Of a stretch of DNA of 42,429 bases, positions 8,337 through 15,910 are shown one piece after another. Both the position numbers and the translations under genes were made by a program. The stretch comes from a virus. Taxonomy: Duplodnaviria > Caudoviricetes. Under the pieces are notes generated by a model that saw only the letters and a program-made list of their open reading frames with translations, was not told the origin of the DNA and did not search any database. The stretch covers positions 1-42,429 of the IMG/VR virus record IMGVR_UViG_3300037834_000035; one strand, 5' to 3'. Each line of letters starts with the position of its first letter. The stretch's first letter is position 1.

Positions 8337-8533
8337 GCGCTGGCCCTCCCGATCATCCCGGCCAGACGGTCGGAGGCATCGCCAGACGCCCGCTCCGCCG
8401 CCCTCTTGGCCGCGATCGCGCTGTCCGCGTCGTCGTGTTCGGAAAGGGTGGTGAAGCTGTCGTCGGCGTCGATCAGGGCGAGGCGGTAGAGGCTGGTCAG
8501 GCCGGGGCAGATGCGGAGCTCAAGGCCGGTCAT
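8333..8533 (-). CDS. Hypothetical protein
   Basis: ATG 8533 (MTGLELR), ATGA-coupled; GGAGG RBS. Confidence 0.6.
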   Translation of the reverse strand: MTGLELRICPGLTSLYRLALIDADDSFTTLSEHDDADSAIAAKRAAERASGDASDRLAGMIGRASA

Positions 8534-8811
8534 TGCGACGGCCCTCCGACGTTGTCCTTCGCCCACTCGGCCGCGAAGGCGAGCGCCTGACGGACCTCCC
8601 CCTTGCCCTCCGGATGAGCGCCGACCGCGATCCCGTCGATGCTGTCACAGTGGCCGTCGATCCAAGCGACGACCGCGAACCGTGCGTTGGTGCCGCCGAA
8701 GACATGGTCGGCGTAGGCGCAAGCCTCGCCCACCATGTCGGCGAACGTCTCGGCCTTCTGTTCGGCCGTCAGGTTTTCACCGTCGGGAATGAGGAAGGGG
8801 CTCATGCTCAC
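8530..8811 (-). CDS. Hypothetical protein
   Basis: GTG 8811 (or ATG 8805), overlapping the upstream stop. Confidence 0.65.
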   Translation of the reverse strand: MSMSPFLIPDGENLTAEQKAETFADMVGEACAYADHVFGGTNARFAVVAWIDGHCDSIDGIAVGAHPEGKGEVRQALAFAAEWAKDNVGGPSQ

Positions 8812-9491
8812 GCCGCCCTCGCCACTTCCACCGCATCGTTCGCGGCGGCAGGTTGAGGGGGAAGGCCACGGTCCAGCGTGAAGGCCGAGACGACCTTCGA
8901 ATCCCAGTAGTCGCCCATCCAGCTCTCGACGACGGCCCGGCCCCAGAAGGCGTGGACCATCTTCGCGGTGCCGTGGCGCTTCGGATCGAAGCGGGCGATC
9001 TGGCCCAGCCACTGCCCGCCCGGCTCGGTCAGGACGGCCACGTGGACGCCGTCGCCCCAGACGAAGAACATGACGTCCCCCGGCTCGGCACGGCTGGGCT
9101 TCACCTCACGGAAGCCGTAGCTGCCCAGCACCGCACGGGCGTTGGCCTCGGTCACGGCGCCGTAACCCACGGTCCGACGTTCGAAGTCCAGGGCGGTGTC
9201 GCACCCGGCGCGTTCAGCACAGGCCCGGATCAGCGACCACGCATCGTGGCCACCCGCCCGCCCGGCGTGGACGTACGAGGTGCCGATCAGGTCCAGCGCG
9301 GCTTCCAGAAACAGCGCCCGCGGCGAGCCCGCTTCCGGAGCCTCCCAGCGGCCCGCATGGGCCCGCGCCTCGACCAGCGCCCGGCTGCCCCGTTTCGCCT
9401 GAACCGCGTCATCGACGGACTGCAGAACCTGCATCATCGGGCCGGAGATCGGCGTCAGCCCGGCGCTCGGTTGGGGGTGGTGGATCGACAT
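8808..9491 (-). CDS. NlpC/P60-like protein, catalytic Cys apparently replaced by Ala
   Basis: AALDLIGTSYVHAGR..GHDAWSLIR, PGDVMFF, HVAVL, MVHAFWGRAVVES; start ATG 9491; first gene of PL operon. Confidence 0.75.
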   Translation of the reverse strand: MSIHHPQPSAGLTPISGPMMQVLQSVDDAVQAKRGSRALVEARAHAGRWEAPEAGSPRALFLEAALDLIGTSYVHAGRAGGHDAWSLIRACAERAGCDTALDFERRTVGYGAVTEANARAVLGSYGFREVKPSRAEPGDVMFFVWGDGVHVAVLTEPGGQWLGQIARFDPKRHGTAKMVHAFWGRAVVESWMGDYWDSKVVSAFTLDRGLPPQPAAANDAVEVARAA

Positions 9492-9512
9492 GGCGTCCCT
9501 CTCGGTTGGTGA

Positions 9513-9560
9513 GTGCATAATGCACCATGCATCACCGCATGCAAGTGCAAAATGCATCAC
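9513..9560 (-). promoter_or_regulatory. PL promoter with OL operators (TGCA-N3-TGCA)
   Basis: Minus strand TTGCAT-16 nt-CATTAT; the 20-mer GTGATGCATTTTGCACTTGC matches the OR region at 19/20. Confidence 0.8.
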
Positions 9561-9599
9561 TCAACCCGATAGGCTCGTCCGCAGGGAATGGAGGGCGCG

Positions 9600-9845
9600 A
9601 TGATCCGGACGGTTGTGGTGTGCGCGGCTATGGCACTGGCCGGGTGCGGAGGCGCGAGCGAGCCGGAAGAGACCTATCAACTCGTACAGGCTCTGGGGAA
9701 TGCGGAGCACGTGGCCGGGCGCGGACTGACGAAGACCGAGTGTGAATCGCGGAAAGTCGACCTCAAAGCGACCGCGACGGCGCTGGGGACTTACAACGAG
9801 GCCACGGGGCACGGATCCATCACCTGCCTGCCGGAAAGCCTATGA
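9600..9845 (+). CDS. Lipoprotein (moron)
   Basis: MIRTVVVCAAMALAGC lipobox; GGAGG RBS; two further Cys. Confidence 0.75.
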   Translation: MIRTVVVCAAMALAGCGGASEPEETYQLVQALGNAEHVAGRGLTKTECESRKVDLKATATALGTYNEATGHGSITCLPESL

Positions 9846-10651
9846 GCTTCTGGAAGCGTTTGCTCGGGCTTGAGCCCAGCGATCCACCCCGCGCCGCCCA
9901 AACGCAGGCCGCATCGCTGAGCATGATCGCTTGGCGGGATGGCTCTTTTCCGATGCAGGTCGTCGGCGAGTCTTACTGCCAGGATGCCCTGATTGCCATT
10001 TGCGGCCGCCACACTCGTTACGGCTACGAGGGCGAGCACGTCGCTTCGCTTCGAAGGGATACGCGCAATACGCACGACCCGGACGCAGTAGAGGTGGTCA
10101 TCGACGGGCGACGCGTGGGCTATCTTGAGCGAGAGCAGGCGCGACGCGTGAGCTCGCAACTTAACGATGCCAACCTATCGGCGGTCCGATGCAAGGCCCG
10201 TATCCGGGGAGGCTGGCGGACTAACCAGCATGACGAGGGACACTATGGCGTGGCCCTCAGTGTGCCGAACATGGGCTGGATCGACTTCGGAATCGGAGCA
10301 TCGCCTCCTCCGCCCGAGCCGCGAAAGCCTCCTGTGCGCAGGCCCATGCCGACTCCGGCGGAACATGGGCCGCTCTCGGGTGAGCGTATCCACCTCTGGG
10401 GCGAACATCCTCCCGGCGTAGTCGCGAGCGAGCTGGCCTCCCTTGGCGCGAAGCTGATGTCAGGGATCGGGAAAAGCACCACCATGTTGGTGATCGTCGA
10501 ATCGGAGCCCTGGTCGTTCGGTCTTCGCAGATCGGCTACGATGGTAAAGGCGCGTGATCTCGCGGAAGGCGGACAGAAAATTCGTATCCTGTCTCTGGCT
10601 GCGCTGCGGGCTGAGTTGAGCGTCGAACCCAGAGGTAGTTCCCATGAATGA
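9842..10651 (+). CDS. HIRAN domain plus C-terminal BRCT-like domain protein
   Basis: VVGESYCQ...RNTHDPDAVEV.IDGRRVGYL (HIRAN); Pro linker; PLSGERIHLWG...LGAKLMSGIGKSTTMLVI...KARDL...KIRILS (BRCT-like). Confidence 0.75.
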   Translation: MSFWKRLLGLEPSDPPRAAQTQAASLSMIAWRDGSFPMQVVGESYCQDALIAICGRHTRYGYEGEHVASLRRDTRNTHDPDAVEVVIDGRRVGYLEREQARRVSSQLNDANLSAVRCKARIRGGWRTNQHDEGHYGVALSVPNMGWIDFGIGASPPPPEPRKPPVRRPMPTPAEHGPLSGERIHLWGEHPPGVVASELASLGAKLMSGIGKSTTMLVIVESEPWSFGLRRSATMVKARDLAEGGQKIRILSLAALRAELSVEPRGSSHE

Positions 10652-11033
10652 GGAGGACGAGGTCCCCATTTGCCAGTCGATCTTGTTTGCTGGCTCGGAC
10701 CCTTCCGACAAGACCGTCAGCGTCCAGTTTTCCGTCGGCGGCGACCTCGCAATGAACGTCCACTTCAGCTTGGGCGTCATCGGCCCCCTCATGGCAGTAC
10801 TCGCTGCTGAGTCGCGCAAACTTCTAGATCCGATGACCGAAGAGGATCGCAACGTCAGCGCAACGCTTCGGGCCAAAGCGGTATGGCTGGCGCAGGACGC
10901 TGACGGCGACCCTATGATGGTGTTCGAACTTCAGAACGGCACCCGCCTGCCTCTGGTGGCGAAGAGTGGCGACCTTGCCGGGCTGGCACGGGAGATGGGT
11001 TTGCTCGGGGCTCCCACTGAGGGGCGGCAATGA
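10644..11033 (+). CDS. Hypothetical protein (moron)
   Basis: Overlaps HIRAN gene by 8 nt; GAGG RBS; ends convergent with cI. Confidence 0.65.
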   Translation: MNEEDEVPICQSILFAGSDPSDKTVSVQFSVGGDLAMNVHFSLGVIGPLMAVLAAESRKLLDPMTEEDRNVSATLRAKAVWLAQDADGDPMMVFELQNGTRLPLVAKSGDLAGLAREMGLLGAPTEGRQ

Positions 11034-11036
11034 GGC

Positions 11037-11711
11037 TCAGAACAGTGTGATCTTCGCCAGCAGCAAGCCGGTAACCTGCACCTCAATGTCCCCGCCGTCC
11101 TCGTGATCGAGGCGTACGGGCTCTGACCAGCGCGGGTTCGTCGAGCGAGGCCACAGCACCAGGCCGTCGGCCGTAACCTCGACCTCCTTCAGCGTGATCT
11201 CCCGAAGACCCCCAGCCCGCGTGCGCACGACCTCAACGATCATCCCGGTGTTCAGGTTCACCCCGGCACCGGTCAGGTCCACGATATGCACGAAGTCGCC
11301 GGGGAAGATGTTCCGGGCGTTCATGCTGTCGCCTTGGACCTCGCGCAGCCACTGATCAGCGTGCGGGTAGCGGCGGTCACGGGCGGCCGGCCTGATCTCC
11401 GGCTCGTCCTGATTGCTGTCGTCGATGGCCAACCAGGCCCCGGCCTGAATCGACCCCAGCACAGGCAGTCCCGTGATCTCTGGGTCAACGGCAACCGGTT
11501 CGGCTGAGCCGCGGCCGTAGAGGATCCATTCAGGGGCGACCCGAAAGAACCGGCCGTAGCGGGCCACGCGCGCGGGCGGCATGCCCCGTCCACCGTTCTC
11601 ATGCTGGATGTAGGTGGCCACCGGGACGCCCATGGCTTCGGCCGCGCTCTTGGCGGTGTCGTAACCCGCGTTGATGCGGGCTTCTCTCAGGCGCTCGTCG
11701 GGCGTCGACAT
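11037..11711 (-). CDS. cI: CI-like repressor (HTH plus S24 autopeptidase)
   Basis: N-terminal HTH (RLREARINAG..AAEAMGV..YIQHENG), AG cleavage site (IQAGAW), GDSMN Ser, TLKE Lys; start ATG 11711. Confidence 0.92.
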   Translation of the reverse strand: MSTPDERLREARINAGYDTAKSAAEAMGVPVATYIQHENGGRGMPPARVARYGRFFRVAPEWILYGRGSAEPVAVDPEITGLPVLGSIQAGAWLAIDDSNQDEPEIRPAARDRRYPHADQWLREVQGDSMNARNIFPGDFVHIVDLTGAGVNLNTGMIVEVVRTRAGGLREITLKEVEVTADGLVLWPRSTNPRWSEPVRLDHEDGGDIEVQVTGLLLAKITLF

Positions 11712-11712
11712 G

Positions 11713-11780
11713 ATGCGAAGTGCATACGGCGACCCGTGATGCATTTGGCACTTGCCGGTCCATGATGCATCGTGCATCAT
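11713..11780. promoter_or_regulatory. OR operators (3 x ATGCA-N3-TGCAT-like) and PR promoter
   Basis: Sites at 11713-11725, 11739-11751, 11765-11777 (26-bp period); TTGCCG-17 nt-CATCAT ending at 11780. Confidence 0.82.
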
Positions 11781-11786
11781 CATGGC

Positions 11787-12023
11787 ATGAGAACCCACGC
11801 AGAGATCATCAAGCAGGGCGGAACCGACGCCATTGTGGAGCGCGCGGGTCTGCCGGTGTCAGTGCACACGGTCCGCTCTTGGCGCCAGCGCGGGGCAATC
11901 CCCGGCGAGTATTGGAAAGCCATCAGCGACGCGGGGCTGGCCTCGCTCGATGAGCTGGCCTCAGCCGCGGCCGCGCGTCTCCCCGCCAATGACGACACCC
12001 ACCGCCAGGGAGAGGCGGCGTGA
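11787..12023 (+). CDS. cro: Cro-like HTH protein
   Basis: Small HTH (VSVHTVRSWRQRGAIP) divergent from cI; start ATG 11787; C-terminus PANDDTHRQGEAA. Confidence 0.85.
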   Translation: MRTHAEIIKQGGTDAIVERAGLPVSVHTVRSWRQRGAIPGEYWKAISDAGLASLDELASAAAARLPANDDTHRQGEAA

Positions 12024-12033
12024 GGGAGATCAT

Positions 12034-12537
12034 CTACGTCTGGACCGCCTTCGGAGCGATAAGCGTCACGCTGAGCCTGCTCTTGATGCGCGCCGTCCTC
12101 GGTGAGGTGACGCGGATCAGGACACTGATCGAGCTCGACTTCTGGAACCGGAGCCACAACCAGCCCCGGCGCCAGGACGGATCGGGGGAGGCGTAGAATT
12201 GCATACGTCCCCAGCCCGCAGCGTTCGCCAGCAACACGGAGCCGCCCAGCACTTCTTTGGTGAATGTGCGTTCGGCCCGCGGCACCGGCTGCCGCTCGCT
12301 CCTCTTCGCCAGCAAGACTCCATGGCCGACCGTCTTCTCGACGTGTGCCTCGTGGCCCGGGATCGGCTGAATGACGACCGAGAAGAGGTTGGGGTCGTCG
12401 ACCGTCCCGTCCCGCTCGATGCGGCAAACCGCTTCGGGCACCGGCTGATGGAGGTGTGTCCAGATCGTCCAGATCAAGGACACGACCACGACAATCAGCG
12501 TGGCGATCTCCACCCAGTTCGGCAGTTCGGAGCTCAT
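12034..12537 (-). CDS. Membrane-anchored hypothetical protein (moron)
   Basis: N-terminal TM WVEIATLIVVVVSLIWTIW; antisense insertion between cro and cII. Confidence 0.65.
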   Translation of the reverse strand: MSSELPNWVEIATLIVVVVSLIWTIWTHLHQPVPEAVCRIERDGTVDDPNLFSVVIQPIPGHEAHVEKTVGHGVLLAKRSERQPVPRAERTFTKEVLGGSVLLANAAGWGRMQFYASPDPSWRRGWLWLRFQKSSSISVLIRVTSPRTARIKSRLSVTLIAPKAVQT

Positions 12538-12680
12538 GCACCGACATTGGCGCGCTCCCCGACCTTCGCCAATCCCCTTTCCGTCGCGGTACTCCAGTCC
12601 TGCGACGGACGCTCCACCGGTGGCGCTCCCGCCCCCAGTCCCGGCGCTGCCGGTGGAGCAACTCTGTGCGGGCCGCGCGG

Positions 12681-12980
12681 ATGCTGAGCCTCGACGCCCT
12701 GACCCGTGCAGCCGAGGTCTACGACGCGATCATCGCCGCCGACGCCTACCGGGAGAAGGTGGCCGCCAAGGGCGACAAGCCGGATTTCGGGCCGTGGCTG
12801 GCGGGTCTCGCCGGGATCGTCCGGGCCGAACGCCCAGTCGTCGCCGGGATCATCGGAACCCTCGAAATCATCGAGGCCGCCATGCCCGGTCGAGAAGCCC
12901 CAACGGCTCCCGTCTGCCCTCCTGCCGCCAACGACCAACACCCCACGTCTCCTGAACAACCCGGACCGCGTATCGCCTGA
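12681..12980 (+). CDS. Hypothetical protein
   Basis: ATG 12681 (MLSLDALTRAAE); phage-like codon use; contains PAANDQ. Confidence 0.55.
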   Translation: MLSLDALTRAAEVYDAIIAADAYREKVAAKGDKPDFGPWLAGLAGIVRAERPVVAGIIGTLEIIEAAMPGREAPTAPVCPPAANDQHPTSPEQPGPRIA

Positions 12981-13022
12981 CAGGCGCGCGCGGGTCACCG
13001 GAAAACACTGACGGAACATTCC

Positions 13023-13463
13023 ATGTCCGACCGCCTGCTGGCCCTTTTGACCGAAAAGCTGATCGCCAAGTGCGGGGGGCTGACCGAAGCTTCCGCCGCG
13101 TGTGCCGAGGTCGCCCGGCCTTACAGCGTGACCCAGCTGTCGCGGTGCCAGACCGTGGGGTCGGGCTGCTACCTCCCGCTCGACATCATCGCGGGCCTCG
13201 AGCGCTACTGCGGCGAGCCGGTGATCAGCCGCGCGTTGGCCGAGCGGTCCACGATCGAGGTTTCGGGCGCCCGGCTGGCCGACATGGCCTGCGTCTTCGC
13301 CGAAGAGGCGTCGGACGTTCAGCGCCATCTCCGCCAGGCTCTCGCCGATGACCGCCTGAGCCCCCGCGAGATCAAGGAAGGCCACCGGCAGATCGCAGAA
13401 GCCCGCGCCGCCCTCGATCGAACCGAAGCCGCCCTCGCCGCCGCCGACAAGGCCGCGGGCTGA
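13023..13463 (+). CDS. CII-like regulatory protein
   Basis: KLIAKCGG..EA...LPLDII..LE..CGEPVISRALA pattern; position downstream of cro. Confidence 0.7.
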   Translation: MSDRLLALLTEKLIAKCGGLTEASAACAEVARPYSVTQLSRCQTVGSGCYLPLDIIAGLERYCGEPVISRALAERSTIEVSGARLADMACVFAEEASDVQRHLRQALADDRLSPREIKEGHRQIAEARAALDRTEAALAAADKAAG

Positions 13464-13513
13464 CCCCACGGGACCGACCGCCCCGTTGAGCCGGTCGAGA
13501 ATGGAGGGCCGTC

Positions 13514-14113
13514 ATGGCCAAGAAACTGACGAGCGAGGCAGAAGGGGGCGATCCCAAGTCGATCCCCAACCGCAACGAGGAGGCGGTCTTCCTGTCGCAC
13601 CTGAACAGGCTGCGGCAGCAGGCGTCCAAGGCCGAGGCCAAGAAGGCGGAATACGACGCCGAGAAGGCCGCTCTGACCGACCTGTTCCGGCAGGCGAAGG
13701 CCGACGGGTTCAGCCGGAAGGAACTGCAGGCGATCCTGGACGACAGCGCCTCCAGCCGCCGCGACCTGCTGTCAGAAGAAGAGCGCCGCGCCAAGCTGCG
13801 GTCGTGGGCCGGTCTGCCGGCCGGGACGCAGGCCGACTTGTTCGCCGGGCCGTCAGCCGCCTTCGACGAACTCGCGGCCGAGGGTCAGGGCTACACGGCG
13901 GGGCTCCGGGGCGACGACTCCAAGATGCCCGACACCTATCCGGCTCACTATGCCCCCGCGTTCATGCGCGGCTGGCATGCCGGACAGGAGAAGCTGGCCT
14001 GGGCTCTGTCCGAAGCCGGGACCAACCCGGAGCGGAAGGACACGGGCGTGCAGGCCCAGCCCATCGCGCCGGCCAACGACGAAGGCGATGACGCCCGGCA
14101 GGAAGCTGCCTGA
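13514..14113 (+). CDS. GapR(DUF2312)-like N-terminus plus RMF-like C-terminal domain protein
   Basis: EKAALTDLFRQAKADGFSRKELQAIL (GapR-like); QGYTAGLRG...YP...FMRGWHAG (RMF-like); GGAGG RBS. Confidence 0.6.
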   Translation: MAKKLTSEAEGGDPKSIPNRNEEAVFLSHLNRLRQQASKAEAKKAEYDAEKAALTDLFRQAKADGFSRKELQAILDDSASSRRDLLSEEERRAKLRSWAGLPAGTQADLFAGPSAAFDELAAEGQGYTAGLRGDDSKMPDTYPAHYAPAFMRGWHAGQEKLAWALSEAGTNPERKDTGVQAQPIAPANDEGDDARQEAA

Positions 14114-14622
14114 TGATCGTCCTGGGGCTCGACCTCGCCACCGTCACCGGCTTCTGCCACGGCCCCGCCGACACGGGCGAGGTGCCGACGATTGGCCACA
14201 CCCGCCTGCCCAGCACCGGCCCCGACGTCGGGGTCTTCCTGCTGGCGTGGGAGGATTGGCTGACCGAGACGCTGGAGAAGGTCGAGCCCCGCCTCGTTGT
14301 CTTCGAGGCTCCGATCCTGCCGGCCGCCACGACCGTCTCGACCACGCGCAAACTGCAGGGGCAGGCGGGCGTGACCGAGATGGTCGCGGTCCGGGCCGGG
14401 ATCGAATGCGCAGAGGTCGCGACGTCTCAGGTGAAGAAGGCCCTGACCGGCTCCGGCAAGGCCGACAAGGCCCAGATGGTCGCGGCCGCCCGCCACTACG
14501 GCTTCACCCCTGCGGTCCCCGACGAGGCCGACGCTTTCGGCGTCTGGCTGTGCGCGGTGCGGCTCCGCTTTCCCAGCCTCGCCGGGCTCTGGGATCCCAT
14601 GAACTTCAGGAGGGCGTCATGA
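14113..14622 (+). CDS. RuvC-like Holliday junction resolvase
   Basis: VLGLDLA, VFE, QVKKALTGSGKADKAQM, DEADA. Confidence 0.88.
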   Translation: MIVLGLDLATVTGFCHGPADTGEVPTIGHTRLPSTGPDVGVFLLAWEDWLTETLEKVEPRLVVFEAPILPAATTVSTTRKLQGQAGVTEMVAVRAGIECAEVATSQVKKALTGSGKADKAQMVAAARHYGFTPAVPDEADAFGVWLCAVRLRFPSLAGLWDPMNFRRAS

Positions 14623-15212
14623 ACGGAAACTGGTCGGATGAGGAACTCGCTCTGTGCAGGCGGCTCTACATCGACGAGGGCAAGAGCGCGGCTGAGACGG
14701 CCCGCTTGCTGCCCGGCCGGACCCGGAACAGCGTGGTCGGCATCTCGCATCGGAAGGGCTGGGGCAAGGACGCCCGGATGGAGCCGGCAAAGCCGACCAT
14801 GGTGCGCCCGCCCCGTGCCCCCGTAGTCATGCCCCGGATCAAGCCCGAAGCCATGCGCCGGCCGCCCCGCCAGAAGGACGTCGGCAAGGCTCCTGTCGTC
14901 TTCGCGAATCAGAAGTTCGACCACGTCCACGGTGACGAACTCGAGCAGCGCCGCGAAGAACGCCGGGCCTATGGACAGTCCAAGCTGGACGCATTCGCAG
15001 CGGCCAACGACGACGCGATCCAGCTGATCGCCCGCCGGTTCGGGCAGTGCGCGTGGCCCGTCGGCGAGCCTGACCGCCCGGAAGGCCAGCTGTGCTGCGG
15101 AGCCGTGGCGATCGAGGCCAAGCCGTACTGTGCCCACCATGCGGCGGTCGCCTATCAGCCCCTGACGCCGAAGCAGAAAGACCTCGTTCGCTCGCTCCGG
15201 AGGTTCGCATGA
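14619..15212 (+). CDS. gcrA: GcrA-like cell-cycle regulator
   Basis: NWSDEE...EGKSAAETAR...TRNSVVGISHRKG and C-terminal CAWPVGEP...CCG...PYCAHHAAVAY; start ATG 14619. Confidence 0.88.
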   Translation: MNGNWSDEELALCRRLYIDEGKSAAETARLLPGRTRNSVVGISHRKGWGKDARMEPAKPTMVRPPRAPVVMPRIKPEAMRRPPRQKDVGKAPVVFANQKFDHVHGDELEQRREERRAYGQSKLDAFAAANDDAIQLIARRFGQCAWPVGEPDRPEGQLCCGAVAIEAKPYCAHHAAVAYQPLTPKQKDLVRSLRRFA

Positions 15213-15400
15213 AGCCCCGCGCCATCTCCGACGCCGTGCAGCGCGGCGACACCGTCCGCATCGAGACGGCGAAGATAGAGGGCTCGCTGCGGGTCATCCG
15301 CGACCTGGCTGGGCCTCAGGGTGCCGCCACGGCCGCCAACTTGGCCCTGAAGCGCGTGATCAGGGCCCACATGAACGACAACGACGGATGGGTGGCATGA
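15209..15400 (+). CDS. Hypothetical protein
   Basis: ATGA-coupled; GGAGG RBS; start 15209. Confidence 0.65.
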   Translation: MKPRAISDAVQRGDTVRIETAKIEGSLRVIRDLAGPQGAATAANLALKRVIRAHMNDNDGWVA

Positions 15401-15735
15401 GCGGCCGCGCGACATACCTGGCCGAACGGATCGACCGCCGACGCGAGCGGGAGGAGACGCGCGAGATGCGCCAAGCCCGGCGCCGGCACCTGACCGCGCG
15501 CGCCGCATCGGTACTGCTCTGCGAGATCGGCGAGATTCCCGAGGAAGAGCGCCCGGCCTATGCGGAGCTGCTCTGCGCCGCCGTCCGGGCCCAGCTGGTG
15601 ATCCACCATGGGGAAGCCTCCGCAGCCGCCATTCTGGCGCGGGAGGCCCATGAGGCAGGGCGGAACTTGATGCCGAAGAGCGCGGCGCGGGATGCCGCGG
15701 AGAAGGTGTTCCGGGGGGCGGCGAACGATGAATAG
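15397..15735 (+). CDS. Hypothetical protein
   Basis: ATGA-coupled start 15397; ends GAANDE. Confidence 0.65.
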   Translation: MSGRATYLAERIDRRREREETREMRQARRRHLTARAASVLLCEIGEIPEEERPAYAELLCAAVRAQLVIHHGEASAAAILAREAHEAGRNLMPKSAARDAAEKVFRGAANDE

Positions 15736-15910
15736 AGCCGACCTCCTCGACTTCGAACGCTACTACGCCCGCACCCTTCGCCGGGAGGCCTCCAAGCGCG
15801 CCAAGAAGGCCCCGGCCGTGGCGGAGCAGCTGTCCCGATGGGCAGATGCCGCAGAATCACGGGCCGAGGCCATCAGGTTCGGGCCCTTGTTCGATCGGGA
15901 GGGCGCATGA
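15728..15910 (+). CDS. Hypothetical protein
   Basis: ATG 15728 (MNRADLLDF); coupled to dnaB. Confidence 0.6.
   Translation: MNRADLLDFERYYARTLRREASKRAKKAPAVAEQLSRWADAAESRAEAIRFGPLFDREGA

Noticed and set aside
12199-12955. Overlapping Pro/Arg-rich plus-strand ORFs
   Set aside because: Low-complexity, no RBS; typical high-GC spurious frames.
13003-13017. AAAC-N7-GAAC upstream of the CII-like gene as an alphaproteobacterial LexA box
   Set aside because: Mismatch to GAAC-N7-GAAC, single site, no supporting promoter.
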